From an uncultured Candidatus Saccharibacteria bacterium (GTDB taxonomy: Bacteria > Patescibacteriota > Minisyncoccia > Phycocordibacterales > UBA5272): 64,000 bases of DNA. The position numbers were made by a program, and so were the translations under genes. The notes below the pieces were generated by a model. It made no database searches. It was not told the origin of the DNA and saw only the letters and a program-made list of their open reading frames with translations. Positions 8,574-18,659 of the stretch are shown here, piece by piece (within the stretch, counting starts at the first letter, position 1; each line of letters starts with the position of its first letter). The stretch lies in assembly GCA_964577675.1 (NCBI GenBank), contig CAZNZQ010000003.1, positions 3,330 to 67,329 on the forward strand. Direction: 5' to 3'.

Positions 8574-10270
8574 AAGGAATTATTTTAGCAGGAGGAACTG
8601 GGTCACGACTGTTTCCGTTGACTAAAATTACCTCCAAACAACTACTGCCGGTTTATAACAAACAAATGGTCTTTTACCCGCTCGAGACCCTGAGAGATTC
8701 CGGTATACGTGAGGTTTTGTTTATTAGTGACAGAAAGAATCTTGATAAATACAAAGAGCTCTTAGGTGACGGTTCAGAAATTGGGCTATCCCTTACCTAT
8801 GTCATTCAAGAAAAACCAGAAGGGCTTCCGCAAGCTTTTCTTTTAGGAGAAGAGTTTATTGGTGACGACGATGTTACTCTCATACTAGGGGATAATATTT
8901 TTGGTTCATCTTTTAAAGAAGAGGTTTCTACATTTAAGAGAGGGGCGAGGATATTCGCAAAGTACGTTAAAGACCCAGAACGTTTCGGAGTGGTAGAATT
9001 CAATAGTGATAACAAAGTGCTATCTCTTGAGGAGAAGCCAGTTAAACCCAAGAGTAGTTTCGCTGTTCCAGGTCTATATATATTTGATAGTAGGGTTGTC
9101 GGATTCGCTAAACAACTCACGCCAAGTAAGCGAGGGGAGCTAGAAATTATTGATATTCAGAAGAGGTATCTAGAGATTAAAGAACTTGAAGCGTACGAAA
9201 TGAAAGGGGATTGGGTTGATGCTGGGACATTTGATAGCTTGGTAGAAGCAGGTATATGGGCCAAGGAAAGAGCCAAGAAAGGTGTGGCGCCATTAGAAGG
9301 AGATTCAGTCACAGTTCTGGTGGCTCTTGCTGCCCAAGATATGTCACAGTTCGACCAGGTTGCTAGCCGGATAAGTATCGAGAAAAATGTCACACACATA
9401 GTCGTCATATGTGAAGTGACTTGTGATGAGTCTCGTATTAAAAAGTTATTAGAAGGATTTGAAGGAGAAGTTATTGTTGCTCCACTTCCCGGCGCTTTTT
9501 CACCAGAGTCAGCATTTGCAGAAGGATTGGCTCGCGCTCAGTCGATTAATACAGATTATGTTTTTCTTATTGAAGGTCACAGTTTACCTGAAGACTCAGC
9601 TGTAGAAACTTTACTTGAGACGAAGAAGCGCTTACCGGAAGATGATGTTATTTTAATTTGTAATCGACCGAATATATCTGGGTCGTCAGCCATCTTTTAT
9701 CAAAAGCCAATAAGTGTTCGTGGTAGACCAATGTCTATGTTCCAGGGGCTTTCTTATGAAAAGATGGTTAGATTTTTTAGCATAGCTGTGAATAAGCATT
9801 TCCAAAGGGGGAGCTTTCAGTTTATGCCTGTTGTTCCGGTTGAAGCTTTTTCCTACACTGGAGCCTTTCTACCGATTGAAGCGGTCAAAATGACGACCTT
9901 GCCACAAGGAGGAGTTGCTTATGGAGCTGACCTTGAGTATTCCTGGAGAATGAGAAAAAAAGGCTATATCAGCTATGTTTGCTATGACCCTAAGCTTTAT
10001 GACCTTAATCATAAGAGTGTTCCAGAAAATGACACCGTCGGACTCTTCTCAGGGAGAGTGTCTCTTACTACTGTTCGCACTAAAATGAGTGACATGGTAC
10101 TTATCTCCAGAAGGAACAGTGAGCAGAATCCTGTAGCTCTTCTTAGTCTCGTTATTATATGGACCTTTTCTTTATCTATTTTAGGTTTGGTGCGGTACGG
10201 TTTAAGAAAGCGTTTCTTAGACACTGTTTTTGCACTTATGTCTGGTATCTATAGTGGGTATAAGCGCTAG
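8570..10270 (+). CDS. rfbA: glucose-1-phosphate thymidylyltransferase fused to C-terminal GT2-like domain
   Basis: MKGIILAGGTGSRLFPLT, LGDNIF, EEKP, RGELEI, W.DAGT; extra ~320 aa with GT2-like D.EY.WR motif. Confidence 0.88.
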   Translation: MKGIILAGGTGSRLFPLTKITSKQLLPVYNKQMVFYPLETLRDSGIREVLFISDRKNLDKYKELLGDGSEIGLSLTYVIQEKPEGLPQAFLLGEEFIGDDDVTLILGDNIFGSSFKEEVSTFKRGARIFAKYVKDPERFGVVEFNSDNKVLSLEEKPVKPKSSFAVPGLYIFDSRVVGFAKQLTPSKRGELEIIDIQKRYLEIKELEAYEMKGDWVDAGTFDSLVEAGIWAKERAKKGVAPLEGDSVTVLVALAAQDMSQFDQVASRISIEKNVTHIVVICEVTCDESRIKKLLEGFEGEVIVAPLPGAFSPESAFAEGLARAQSINTDYVFLIEGHSLPEDSAVETLLETKKRLPEDDVILICNRPNISGSSAIFYQKPISVRGRPMSMFQGLSYEKMVRFFSIAVNKHFQRGSFQFMPVVPVEAFSYTGAFLPIEAVKMTTLPQGGVAYGADLEYSWRMRKKGYISYVCYDPKLYDLNHKSVPENDTVGLFSGRVSLTTVRTKMSDMVLISRRNSEQNPVALLSLVIIWTFSLSILGLVRYGLRKRFLDTVFALMSGIYSGYKR

Positions 10271-10272
10271 CG

Positions 10273-11019
10273 CTAGTCTTTGTAGCTAAGATAAACATCA
10301 AACAGTCTTTCCACAAACTCGTTACCCTCGTGTGCTCCCACAGACTCAGTGTTCTTAAAATACATAATATGGTCGGCAAGGTCTTGAAGGGAGACTGTAT
10401 ATTTTTTGTTCATTCGATAAAAGCCTTCGTTATCTTGATCAAAGTAAGACGGATTTTTCCCAAGCACTATATCAATACAAGAGCTTATAAAGTCGTCAAC
10501 GTGCGCGAGAACTATTTCTTTTCCAGGGTCAGATATTTCTATTGGTTCGCCGTGTGCAATTTTGTGACAAAAAGTCGCGACTACTGAATGTGCGTTTGGC
10601 TTAGCCCATCTACCAAAAGTATTGGTGAGACGCACGATGTACACCTTGGCGCCGGCCTCTTTTTGGTAACCTAAGAGAGCTTCTTCTGCCCTTCTTTTAC
10701 TTACACCGAAGTCATTTTCTAGTACTGCGTGTATTGAAGAGGTGTAGAGGACGTGGGTTGCAAGCCCTTCTTCTTTTAGGAGGGTAACAATCTTTTCTGT
10801 AAGTTCACTATTACCTTTGTAGAACTCTTTCGGGTCCTGTGGTCGACTGATACCAGCTAGGTGGAATATGTAATCAGCTTTTTTTAGACTGTCACGTAAC
10901 TCTCCGTCTGTTATGTTTCGTGTCACAGTGAGTAGGTTAAAGGAAGGGTTTTCGGCGAGTCTGGCTATTAAGTTTTTACCGATAAACCCAGTGCCACCGG
11001 TGATGAGTATTGTTTTCAT
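10273..11019 (-). CDS. NAD-dependent sugar reductase (CapF/FnlB/WbjC-like SDR domain only)
   Basis: ITGGTGFIGKNL, FHLAG..RP, GN..LT, N.FGRW.KPN.HSVVATFC. Confidence 0.8.
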   Translation of the reverse strand: MKTILITGGTGFIGKNLIARLAENPSFNLLTVTRNITDGELRDSLKKADYIFHLAGISRPQDPKEFYKGNSELTEKIVTLLKEEGLATHVLYTSSIHAVLENDFGVSKRRAEEALLGYQKEAGAKVYIVRLTNTFGRWAKPNAHSVVATFCHKIAHGEPIEISDPGKEIVLAHVDDFISSCIDIVLGKNPSYFDQDNEGFYRMNKKYTVSLQDLADHIMYFKNTESVGAHEGNEFVERLFDVYLSYKD

Positions 11020-11024
11020 ATAAT

Positions 11025-11855
11025 TTAGAGAGCTTGGATATTTTTATAAGCAAGGTCAAAGAATTGCCCTGCATCCCAAGCCGTGTAACCTTCTTCTGCT
11101 AGTTCGTAAACGAAAACTTTTGCAGCTGGCCCCATGGATACCATGACGAGCACCTCCTTCGGAGTGTAGTCGTTTTCCTTTACTAGTTCGCGGAATGCTG
11201 TGCGAATTTCTGCTATCTTGTCCCATCCGTCGCTCTTGGGCGCCTCTATGAGATGGGTAGTCTTCCCAAGTGAAATATCTTTAAAGCGTTCAAGGGAAGA
11301 GGTAATGATAACAACGTTCTTTTTCAAAAAGTAGTCTTTTAGTTTCTTGTAATCTATCCCTGTGTTAACAGCAGGGTAGAAGGCAAAAGAGCTACCATAG
11401 ACTCTACCTTTTTGTACGTACTTATGAAGGAGAACTTTGCTGTTAATCCAGTATTTGAATTCATCACCCTTACCAATCTTTTCTAGCTCTTCCCTTGTCT
11501 TTGTCAGATGGTCACCTGGGAGACAGATGATCATATTGGCTGACTTTGAGGACAGGATGCTTAGCAGTCCTTTCTGTAGACTTTTATTAAACTTTTGGCG
11601 CCAGTCGTTGAAGTAGACACTTGCTCCACGCATAAGACCGAATTCTCCGTCACCTAGTCGTACAATAGAGCTGTCGTTATCTATTATGTAATTAAATGTC
11701 TCCTCAGGGGAGAGGAAGTTCAGTCTTTTGTATAATGGGACATGTTTATCGGCTGCGAATTTATCATATAGGTTTCTTTTCAGGAAATAGAAAATTGCAC
11801 GAGGGTTATCAATAAACTTTTGCACACGACTTCCCCATACGCTTGCAGGCATCAT
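11025..11855 (-). CDS. GT-D fold glycosyltransferase (DUF1792-like)
   Basis: SIVRLGDGE and MGPAAKV...L...G..A.DAGQ motifs. Confidence 0.8.
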   Translation of the reverse strand: MMPASVWGSRVQKFIDNPRAIFYFLKRNLYDKFAADKHVPLYKRLNFLSPEETFNYIIDNDSSIVRLGDGEFGLMRGASVYFNDWRQKFNKSLQKGLLSILSSKSANMIICLPGDHLTKTREELEKIGKGDEFKYWINSKVLLHKYVQKGRVYGSSFAFYPAVNTGIDYKKLKDYFLKKNVVIITSSLERFKDISLGKTTHLIEAPKSDGWDKIAEIRTAFRELVKENDYTPKEVLVMVSMGPAAKVFVYELAEEGYTAWDAGQFFDLAYKNIQAL

Positions 11856-11926
11856 ATACCCTTCATTATAACAGATTTTTTAAGCGTGTTTTTGGCTAAG
11901 AAATAAGCTATAATTAAGCCACATTT

Positions 11927-12880
11927 ATGGAAAAAACTAATAAAAATAAAGTTATTTTCATTACCGGGGCTACTGGGTTTATTGGAAGAGCTCTCACAAA
12001 AAGGCTTCTTTCTAACGTTCAGGTCTCAAAACTTATCGTTCTTTCCCGCCATGATTCTTTTGAAGAGTACAAAGATAATGCCAGAGTAGTTCCTGTCCTA
12101 GGAGATGTTAATAATCTAAGCATGTTGGTTAGAACTCTTGAGGAGCATGATGTCACTCACATATATCATCTTGCGTCAGAGGCCATTGTGTCGACATATA
12201 CTAAGCACCCCCTCGAAGCGTATCTCTCTACTGTACAGGGTGTAACAACGCTACTTGAGGCAGCAAGAGTCGCTAAGATTAAATTAGAAAGAGTGTTAGT
12301 AGGAACGTCATACAAAGTCTACGGCAGCTCTACTCCACCTTATAATGAGTCAACTTGCTTCATGCCGGGGAACACATATGAGACCGCAAAAGCCTGCCAA
12401 GATTTTATTGCCCAAGATTACTACCGTACTTTCAAGGTACCTGTTATCATTTTTAGATCAGTGAATGTATACGGCCCAGGGGATAGTCATCTCACAAGAC
12501 TGGTTCCGAAGGTTTGTAGTGACCTCATCCATGACAGAACTCCAACCGTCTACTCATCTGTAAGAGATAGTCTTCGTGAGTTTATTTATATTGACGACTT
12601 GCTCGATGCTCTATCTGTCATTGAAGATAAAGGAGAAGCTGGTGATGTGTTCTGTATTGGAGGACACCGCGAAACAATTTATAATATTGTTGAAAAAATA
12701 TGTGAGATTGCTGAGCACAAAGAGAAGCCGCTTATTGCGAATGTCGATCGTGCTGCAGAAACAAAAGAGCACGCCCTTGATGACTCTAAGATAAAGAGCC
12801 TAGGGTGGGGGATGAAAGTTTCCTTTGAAGAAGGTTTAGAAAGGACGTTCCAGTTTTACAAGAGTAAACCGCTAGCCTAG
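11927..12880 (+). CDS. NAD-dependent epimerase/dehydratase
   Basis: TGATGFIG, HLA, YETAK, NVYGPGD, REFIYIDD. Confidence 0.88.
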   Translation: MEKTNKNKVIFITGATGFIGRALTKRLLSNVQVSKLIVLSRHDSFEEYKDNARVVPVLGDVNNLSMLVRTLEEHDVTHIYHLASEAIVSTYTKHPLEAYLSTVQGVTTLLEAARVAKIKLERVLVGTSYKVYGSSTPPYNESTCFMPGNTYETAKACQDFIAQDYYRTFKVPVIIFRSVNVYGPGDSHLTRLVPKVCSDLIHDRTPTVYSSVRDSLREFIYIDDLLDALSVIEDKGEAGDVFCIGGHRETIYNIVEKICEIAEHKEKPLIANVDRAAETKEHALDDSKIKSLGWGMKVSFEEGLERTFQFYKSKPLA

Positions 12881-12884
12881 CGGC

Positions 12885-13742
12885 TTAACGTTCGTAGAAT
12901 AAAACTTTTTCTCTAAAGAATCGTGCGTGCAATGCATTATATATTTTTGTATATATTTTGTAGATAGGTTTTGCTTTCTTAAGAATAGTCCTTACTTGCT
13001 TCCAAAGAGTCACACTTTTAACATCAAGCTCTGACTGAGCTCTCTTATATTTTCTTTCCCAAACTTTACATAGTGATATAAAGATTCTCTTCTCACGCTC
13101 AGATTCGGATATCTCCTCATTTCTCGTGAATAAGAATAGGCCCCAGCCACTTGCGTGACAGAGCTCCGTTAAATCCCATTTTGCATAGGGGAGTTTGTCA
13201 AAAAGTATCCCTTTGTCGTTACTCCTGATGTCGTCTATTGCAACCAGTGCTGTGTCTGCTAAGAGATGTTGATAGACTTCAAACTCATCTTCAAGTTGGA
13301 AGTTATAGTGGAGCGTATCTGTAAAGAGGAGGTCAATATTTTTTGGCAGTTGCTTGATAATTTCATAACTACAGACATCACCAAAAAGAAATGATACCTG
13401 AGAATCGGTGAACATCTCTGGTGGGCAAAAGCGCTGGTCCTTCTCCACATCGATTGTATATAAGTGAGCATTATTTTTCTTTATTGCTGCATATAAGGCG
13501 ACGGTCGACATGCCAGTTTGGTTACCCAACTCAACCACTTCTTTAAGGTCCAATTTGGTGACGAGGTTATTCAAGAATTTCATGTAGTAACCACCTGTGC
13601 CGTTAATGTACGAAAGGCAGGCAACGTGCTCCTCGTTGTTGGTATCAAAGCGAGTCAGATATTTTTTATCAATAGTAAGCGAGTCTTTCTCGCTTTGAAA
13701 GTTTTTGATGATTGTGTCAATTGTTTCTTTTGTTGTTTTCAT
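12885..13742 (-). CDS. class I SAM-dependent methyltransferase (Methyltransf_24-like)
   Basis: VVELGNQTGMST, IDLLFTDTLH, AIDD. Confidence 0.75.
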   Translation of the reverse strand: MKTTKETIDTIIKNFQSEKDSLTIDKKYLTRFDTNNEEHVACLSYINGTGGYYMKFLNNLVTKLDLKEVVELGNQTGMSTVALYAAIKKNNAHLYTIDVEKDQRFCPPEMFTDSQVSFLFGDVCSYEIIKQLPKNIDLLFTDTLHYNFQLEDEFEVYQHLLADTALVAIDDIRSNDKGILFDKLPYAKWDLTELCHASGWGLFLFTRNEEISESEREKRIFISLCKVWERKYKRAQSELDVKSVTLWKQVRTILKKAKPIYKIYTKIYNALHARFFREKVLFYER

Positions 13743-13751
13743 GGTGATTTT

Positions 13752-14651
13752 CTACGAAGTGATTCCAAGCTTCCCTAAGAGATTTTTATCTTGAAGCTCT
13801 TTGTCCTTATGGAGAAAGAGGTACATGTATACCCCTTGCTTATCAAAGTCAGGAGTTATTTTTTCTAGTTTCCCATTATCTGCGATGTAGGACTCGTATC
13901 CGATATTTTCAAGCGTGCTAAAGATCTCTTTAAAGTTATGGTTGGTAAAGTCTCTGCCAATGTTTGCCAGATGAAGGGCGATTTCAATAAAGAGCACCGG
14001 ACGAGATTTTTCCAACAGTGACAACCCTCCTTTAATGGCAGCATATTCATGCCCTTCTACGTCGATTTTTATAAAATGAGGGTCTGGCAGGTTCTTTTCT
14101 TTCACGTAGCCATCTAGGGTTGCAAGTGTAATCGTCCTCGTAGGACTTTCGCTATTTAGAAAGTCTTTTTCCAGGGTTGAGCCAGAGCCAGCAAGGTGGA
14201 GTGTTGCCTCCCCGGATTTGTCGCTTAATGCAATTTCGTGAAGGGTCACACGCTCCTCGTACCTGTTTAACGTAACTGACTGGCGAAGGGTGTCTAGGTG
14301 CTCCTTAACTGGGTCAAAGCTATGAACTTGTGCCACAGAGGAAAGAGTTAGAGCAAGTAGGGAGTAAGGTCCAGTGTTTGAGCCAATATCATAAAACACG
14401 TACGGCGAACCATGATCGCTATTATTAATAATAGCCTCAACAATAGACATGTCTGCTTCTTCGACTGTGCCATTGTTCGCAAAACCGTAAGCGATATCAG
14501 TATAGTCAAGAACATTCCCACAGTACCAGAACCCAAACTTGGTCTTTACGGCTAAGTTGTTTTCGTTGGCATACTTACCCGTAAAGTAAAGAACATTCTT
14601 ACCAGTAACGGAAGATAGGTATCTCAGTAATGTGATAAATAGGTTTTGCAT
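13752..14651 (-). CDS. FkbM family methyltransferase
   Basis: YDIGSNTG, ALSD, TLD, FIKIDVEGHE. Confidence 0.9.
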   Translation of the reverse strand: MQNLFITLLRYLSSVTGKNVLYFTGKYANENNLAVKTKFGFWYCGNVLDYTDIAYGFANNGTVEEADMSIVEAIINNSDHGSPYVFYDIGSNTGPYSLLALTLSSVAQVHSFDPVKEHLDTLRQSVTLNRYEERVTLHEIALSDKSGEATLHLAGSGSTLEKDFLNSESPTRTITLATLDGYVKEKNLPDPHFIKIDVEGHEYAAIKGGLSLLEKSRPVLFIEIALHLANIGRDFTNHNFKEIFSTLENIGYESYIADNGKLEKITPDFDKQGVYMYLFLHKDKELQDKNLLGKLGITS

Positions 14652-14653
14652 AG

Positions 14654-15898
14654 TTAAGAAAGAATTTCGTTTACAATTGTAAGCATATCACCTTGGTACT
14701 TTTTCTTAGAGAACGTCGACTCTGTTTTACTTTTGGCTGCTTGTACCATTTTTGCCCATACGAGTGGGTCGTTCTTCTTTAATGAGATAAATTCTTTCAT
14801 AAACTCAAGATACTGGGCTACATCATTGCGCTTCGCGATTCTTGCAAAAGAGGAATCGAGGTATTCAAGATGTGCGTTCCATAGATGGGAAATATGACTA
14901 ATAATCGGCTTACCTGCATACATAGATTCGTTGATATTAAGCCCCTGTGTTTCCCCGTCAAACCTAAAGTGCGCAAGAGCGTCTATTCCAAAATAAAAAG
15001 ACCAGAGCTCTTCCTCTTTACCTGTCGGAGGAAGAAAGTGAACGTTTGGTATTTTTCTACTCTCTACAATGTGTATAAATTTAGGAGAAGGGGAAACTAT
15101 CACATAATGAGCAGTGGGCTCATCTTTTACTAACAAGTCAAATGCCTCAATCCCAATCGGGTCGAATATATCATCCGAATTTCTTCCGATTCTTCCAAAG
15201 ATAAAGGATTCGTCGGGGATTGAAAGCTGTTTACGTAAGGATGTTACACCCTCTGCTGTCTGCTCTGTGCTGATTGGAATGTACATGGCTTTATTTCGGG
15301 AGAGGTGGCCAGTGTACTGTTCGGAATGCTTGAGAACTTCTTTCGATATGTAGATAATTTTCTTTACATTTGACTGTAAGCATGGCGCCCCAAAAATATT
15401 GATGAGGATGATGGGGATGTTTTGTATCGTAATGAACGGGTACTCTGATTTTCCTGTTCCTGCGGTAATGAGCAGGTCTATGTCGTAAGCAGAAATGACA
15501 TCTTTAATATGTGGGTTCATCGACTCAATATAATGAGGGTAACTCTTAGATATAGAGTCATATGTAAAATGAATGAGTGTTGCAAATTTTTCGACCTCAG
15601 CCTTGCGATTTGGCTTAGAGACGTCACTTGCGTGAAGAATAAATACATCGTACTCGCGAGAAAGTCCCTCCGCGATTATCTGCAAACTCTTTTCTGTCCC
15701 TGCGTAATATAGTGCTGTTAAGTGATAAATAAGAACCCTCTTTTTACTTTTGACTGGAATAGTTGGCGGAGCTGTTTCCTTGCGCAGGCCTTCCTCTCTG
15801 TACATCTTTGTGCGGTAGAACTGTTCTGTGGCAAGGAGAATGACACGCCTCACACATACGGGCATTTTTTTGTAGAGATTTTTTAGAAAGAATCTCAT
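14654..15898 (-). CDS. glycosyltransferase family 4-like (GT-B)
   Basis: GTEKSL, GRIGR, ETQGLNINESMYAGKPII. Confidence 0.8.
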   Translation of the reverse strand: MRFFLKNLYKKMPVCVRRVILLATEQFYRTKMYREEGLRKETAPPTIPVKSKKRVLIYHLTALYYAGTEKSLQIIAEGLSREYDVFILHASDVSKPNRKAEVEKFATLIHFTYDSISKSYPHYIESMNPHIKDVISAYDIDLLITAGTGKSEYPFITIQNIPIILINIFGAPCLQSNVKKIIYISKEVLKHSEQYTGHLSRNKAMYIPISTEQTAEGVTSLRKQLSIPDESFIFGRIGRNSDDIFDPIGIEAFDLLVKDEPTAHYVIVSPSPKFIHIVESRKIPNVHFLPPTGKEEELWSFYFGIDALAHFRFDGETQGLNINESMYAGKPIISHISHLWNAHLEYLDSSFARIAKRNDVAQYLEFMKEFISLKKNDPLVWAKMVQAAKSKTESTFSKKKYQGDMLTIVNEILS

Positions 15899-15900
15899 GT

Positions 15901-16626
15901 TTACGGAATTATTTTTATCACAATTCTGCGAATCATATTATAGATTTTATTAAGGAACCATGAGGTTTTTGCCGCAGTACCCATCTCGATGGTAGGGAGC
16001 TTGCTATCTGACCTCACTTTTGTCGCATAGATTCCACTTGGGTAACCGGCAACATCAATATCAAGAAATATAACCTGCCACTCATTAAGATGAGTTCTCC
16101 ACCAATCTTTACTCCTTACATGCCACATGTCCCAGTCGATGTTTTCATCATAACGCTCATCGAAGAAAAGTACAGACCCTGGCGGTAAGGCAGAAAGGGT
16201 TCTCAAAAAGTGTGCGACGTAGTAGTTTTCTATATGATTAAGCACTGTCGCTGTTGTGACAAAGACCGGCCCTTCTAGGTTCATCTTCTCGAAAGCGTTT
16301 ACCATGTCATCGTTAATAAAACTAACGTTTACACAATCTCTGGTTGTATCTTTTGCTACATCTATTCCTTTGCTTGAGGGTTCAATACCAATACTCCTTT
16401 CAAAGTGTTGGTTTAGCGCTTTTAAAAGCCACCCATTCCCAGAGCCTACGTCTATGTGAGTCTTTGGCAGAGAGGAAGTAAGCTGTAGTGCAAGAAGGAA
16501 CCCAACCCTCCTTGCTGTTTCATTCTTCTCGTATTCAGCAACTATTTTTTTAGTAGTAGCTAGGTTGTTGCTCTCTGAGTGGAAGTCTTTATCATGAGCT
16601 AGATAACTTTTAAGATCTTTTTGCAT
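15901..16626 (-). CDS. class I SAM-dependent methyltransferase
   Basis: IDVGSGNG, GIEPS, VLNHI. Confidence 0.8.
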   Translation of the reverse strand: MQKDLKSYLAHDKDFHSESNNLATTKKIVAEYEKNETARRVGFLLALQLTSSLPKTHIDVGSGNGWLLKALNQHFERSIGIEPSSKGIDVAKDTTRDCVNVSFINDDMVNAFEKMNLEGPVFVTTATVLNHIENYYVAHFLRTLSALPPGSVLFFDERYDENIDWDMWHVRSKDWWRTHLNEWQVIFLDIDVAGYPSGIYATKVRSDSKLPTIEMGTAAKTSWFLNKIYNMIRRIVIKIIP

Positions 16627-16627
16627 A

Positions 16628-17356
16628 CTATTTTTTCTTTGAGAGAATTTTTTTAAGGTAGGCTAACCATTCGACAAGAATTCCTCGTGGTCCGATATCT
16701 CTGTAAAGCCTCCAAACCTGTTTTTCGTTTAAAGGTGAGCCTGTATAGTATTCGAATATTTCCTTTCCTGAGCCAAGCCAGTTCTCGTAGAAAGTAAAAT
16801 CATTCTGCCACTCCAATCTTAGGAACATAGAGTTTTTGTGCTTAGGGTTCGTTGTATTTTTGTTCACAGTATGCGAGTGAACTTGCATGTATTTAAAAGT
16901 AAAACGAAGTTGCCCTTTTTCATCCAAGTCTACAATCCATCTGTGATGAGAGGCCCCAGCCAAATTTTTAATCTCAATACCGAATGTTGTTTCGTATTGT
17001 CGGGTTGGTACTTCAATATACCCGGCTTTACTAACTCGCATCATTTCTGAGCACACCCACAAAGGGTCGCGGATGTCTTCTAAGACATGAGAACAGACAC
17101 TAAGGTCAAATTGCTTATCTTTAAAAGGCCAAGGTTCTCTGCTGCAAATATCATGTTGGGTAAAATTTTCTTTCTTAACTTTATTTCCATCACCGCCTTT
17201 ACTTTGTGCCCAGTTAATAGACTCGTATGGCACGATATCTATCAGCGCAGTAGCTCTTCCAAAGGGGCTAGATGCTCCTCCAACATCAAGTATTGTCTTG
17301 TCTTTCGGTAATGTTTCTAAGGTTTCAACCAATGGAGTCGTTATTATTTTAATCAT
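16628..17356 (-). CDS. class I SAM-dependent methyltransferase (Methyltransf_11-like)
   Basis: ILDVGG, WPFKDKQFD, CSHVLED; start placed at MIKII to avoid overlap with flippase. Confidence 0.8.
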   Translation of the reverse strand: MIKIITTPLVETLETLPKDKTILDVGGASSPFGRATALIDIVPYESINWAQSKGGDGNKVKKENFTQHDICSREPWPFKDKQFDLSVCSHVLEDIRDPLWVCSEMMRVSKAGYIEVPTRQYETTFGIEIKNLAGASHHRWIVDLDEKGQLRFTFKYMQVHSHTVNKNTTNPKHKNSMFLRLEWQNDFTFYENWLGSGKEIFEYYTGSPLNEKQVWRLYRDIGPRGILVEWLAYLKKILSKKK

Positions 17357-17375
17357 AAGAAATGAATGAATTTCA

Positions 17376-18659
17376 TTATACCACAACCTTTTTTAGTTTT
17401 CTTTTTTCATTAAAAAGATGAAAAAGAAAGTAGACTGTAATACAGTTATAGCTAATAACCGTTGCAAGTGCCGCTCCGATTCCTCCATGGTTTGGTATTA
17501 GGTATAGGTTAAGCAGAATATTTACTAAAGCAGGAATGGCAGCGATTACTACTATCTCCCAGATTCTATTACGAAGAAGCAGATCTTGGTACAGGACTCC
17601 AAGAATCAGTGTCCCAACCAAAGAGAATATGTACATATTGAGGAGGGGGATACTCCCATGGAACTGTTCTCCGTACAGAGTAAGCACTAGAGGCTTGCTT
17701 AGTAGTAGCGTTGCTACGCCTATCAAGAGACCTGTGCCAATCAGCCCCAACCCAAGGCCCCCGATTCTTTTAAGGTATTCTTTTGAGTTGCCTTGATTAA
17801 AGGCATTAGCAAGTGCTGGGAAAAAAGTTGTAGAAATGATGAAAGAAACAAAATACCATACTTCTGTTAGCCGCACTGCTCCAGCATAAAGACCGACAGC
17901 AGTTACATTTTGGAGGTTCTTCAACATAACCATGTCGATTTTAGAATATATTTCTGAAAAGACGCTGAAGAGAGTAAGTGGGGCCAGGAACGAGATAAAT
18001 GTTAGAGCTCGCTTCTTTGAAGGAATTAGCCTTAATGGTCGGCCTAGTCTCTTAAGTACATACAGTGACAAGAGACCTGATATGAGAGTTTCGAGACTTT
18101 GAATAAGAATAAAGAGAGCAATAGATTCTGTGTAGTAGAGTGCAGAAATTTTTAGACTACTTGCTATGAAAAGTGTGCTTATTTGAATAAGGCCAACAGT
18201 TTTTGTGTCTCGCTCCTTCAAAAAATCAAAATAGAGCAACGAGAGCGGTTGAGTAAGGTATGTTATTCCAAAGAGAACAATAAGTAGCTTGATAAGCGAT
18301 GTCTCTCCAGAGAAGAAGCTTGCGGCACTTAATGCTAAGAAGGCAATGGATCCGGCAACGATCTTAAGAACAATGGCAGTGCTCAAAATCTCATCCCTGT
18401 GTTCAGGGTCTTCGGTCAATTTTTTGTAGACTAGGTTATCAATACCGAGCCCAACAAAGACAGCTATGATTGTCCCAAAGCTTATAACGTAGTTAATTAT
18501 CCCAAAAGACTCTGGCCCAAGTAATCGGGTCATTATAGACATTGTCCCAAGCGAAATAATAAGAGAACTTATTTTAAAAAAAAGAGACCAGAGTAAGTTA
18601 CGGGAGTAGAGGAGTACACCACTTCGAGGAAGAGTTGGGAGTATGTTGGTAAGCTTCAT
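17376..18659 (-). CDS. wzx: Wzx-type polysaccharide flippase
   Basis: ~12 TM; RLLGPESFG, IDMVML, VGLY, LIP.HGGIGAALAT. Confidence 0.88.
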   Translation of the reverse strand: MKLTNILPTLPRSGVLLYSRNLLWSLFFKISSLIISLGTMSIMTRLLGPESFGIINYVISFGTIIAVFVGLGIDNLVYKKLTEDPEHRDEILSTAIVLKIVAGSIAFLALSAASFFSGETSLIKLLIVLFGITYLTQPLSLLYFDFLKERDTKTVGLIQISTLFIASSLKISALYYTESIALFILIQSLETLISGLLSLYVLKRLGRPLRLIPSKKRALTFISFLAPLTLFSVFSEIYSKIDMVMLKNLQNVTAVGLYAGAVRLTEVWYFVSFIISTTFFPALANAFNQGNSKEYLKRIGGLGLGLIGTGLLIGVATLLLSKPLVLTLYGEQFHGSIPLLNMYIFSLVGTLILGVLYQDLLLRNRIWEIVVIAAIPALVNILLNLYLIPNHGGIGAALATVISYNCITVYFLFHLFNEKRKLKKVVV

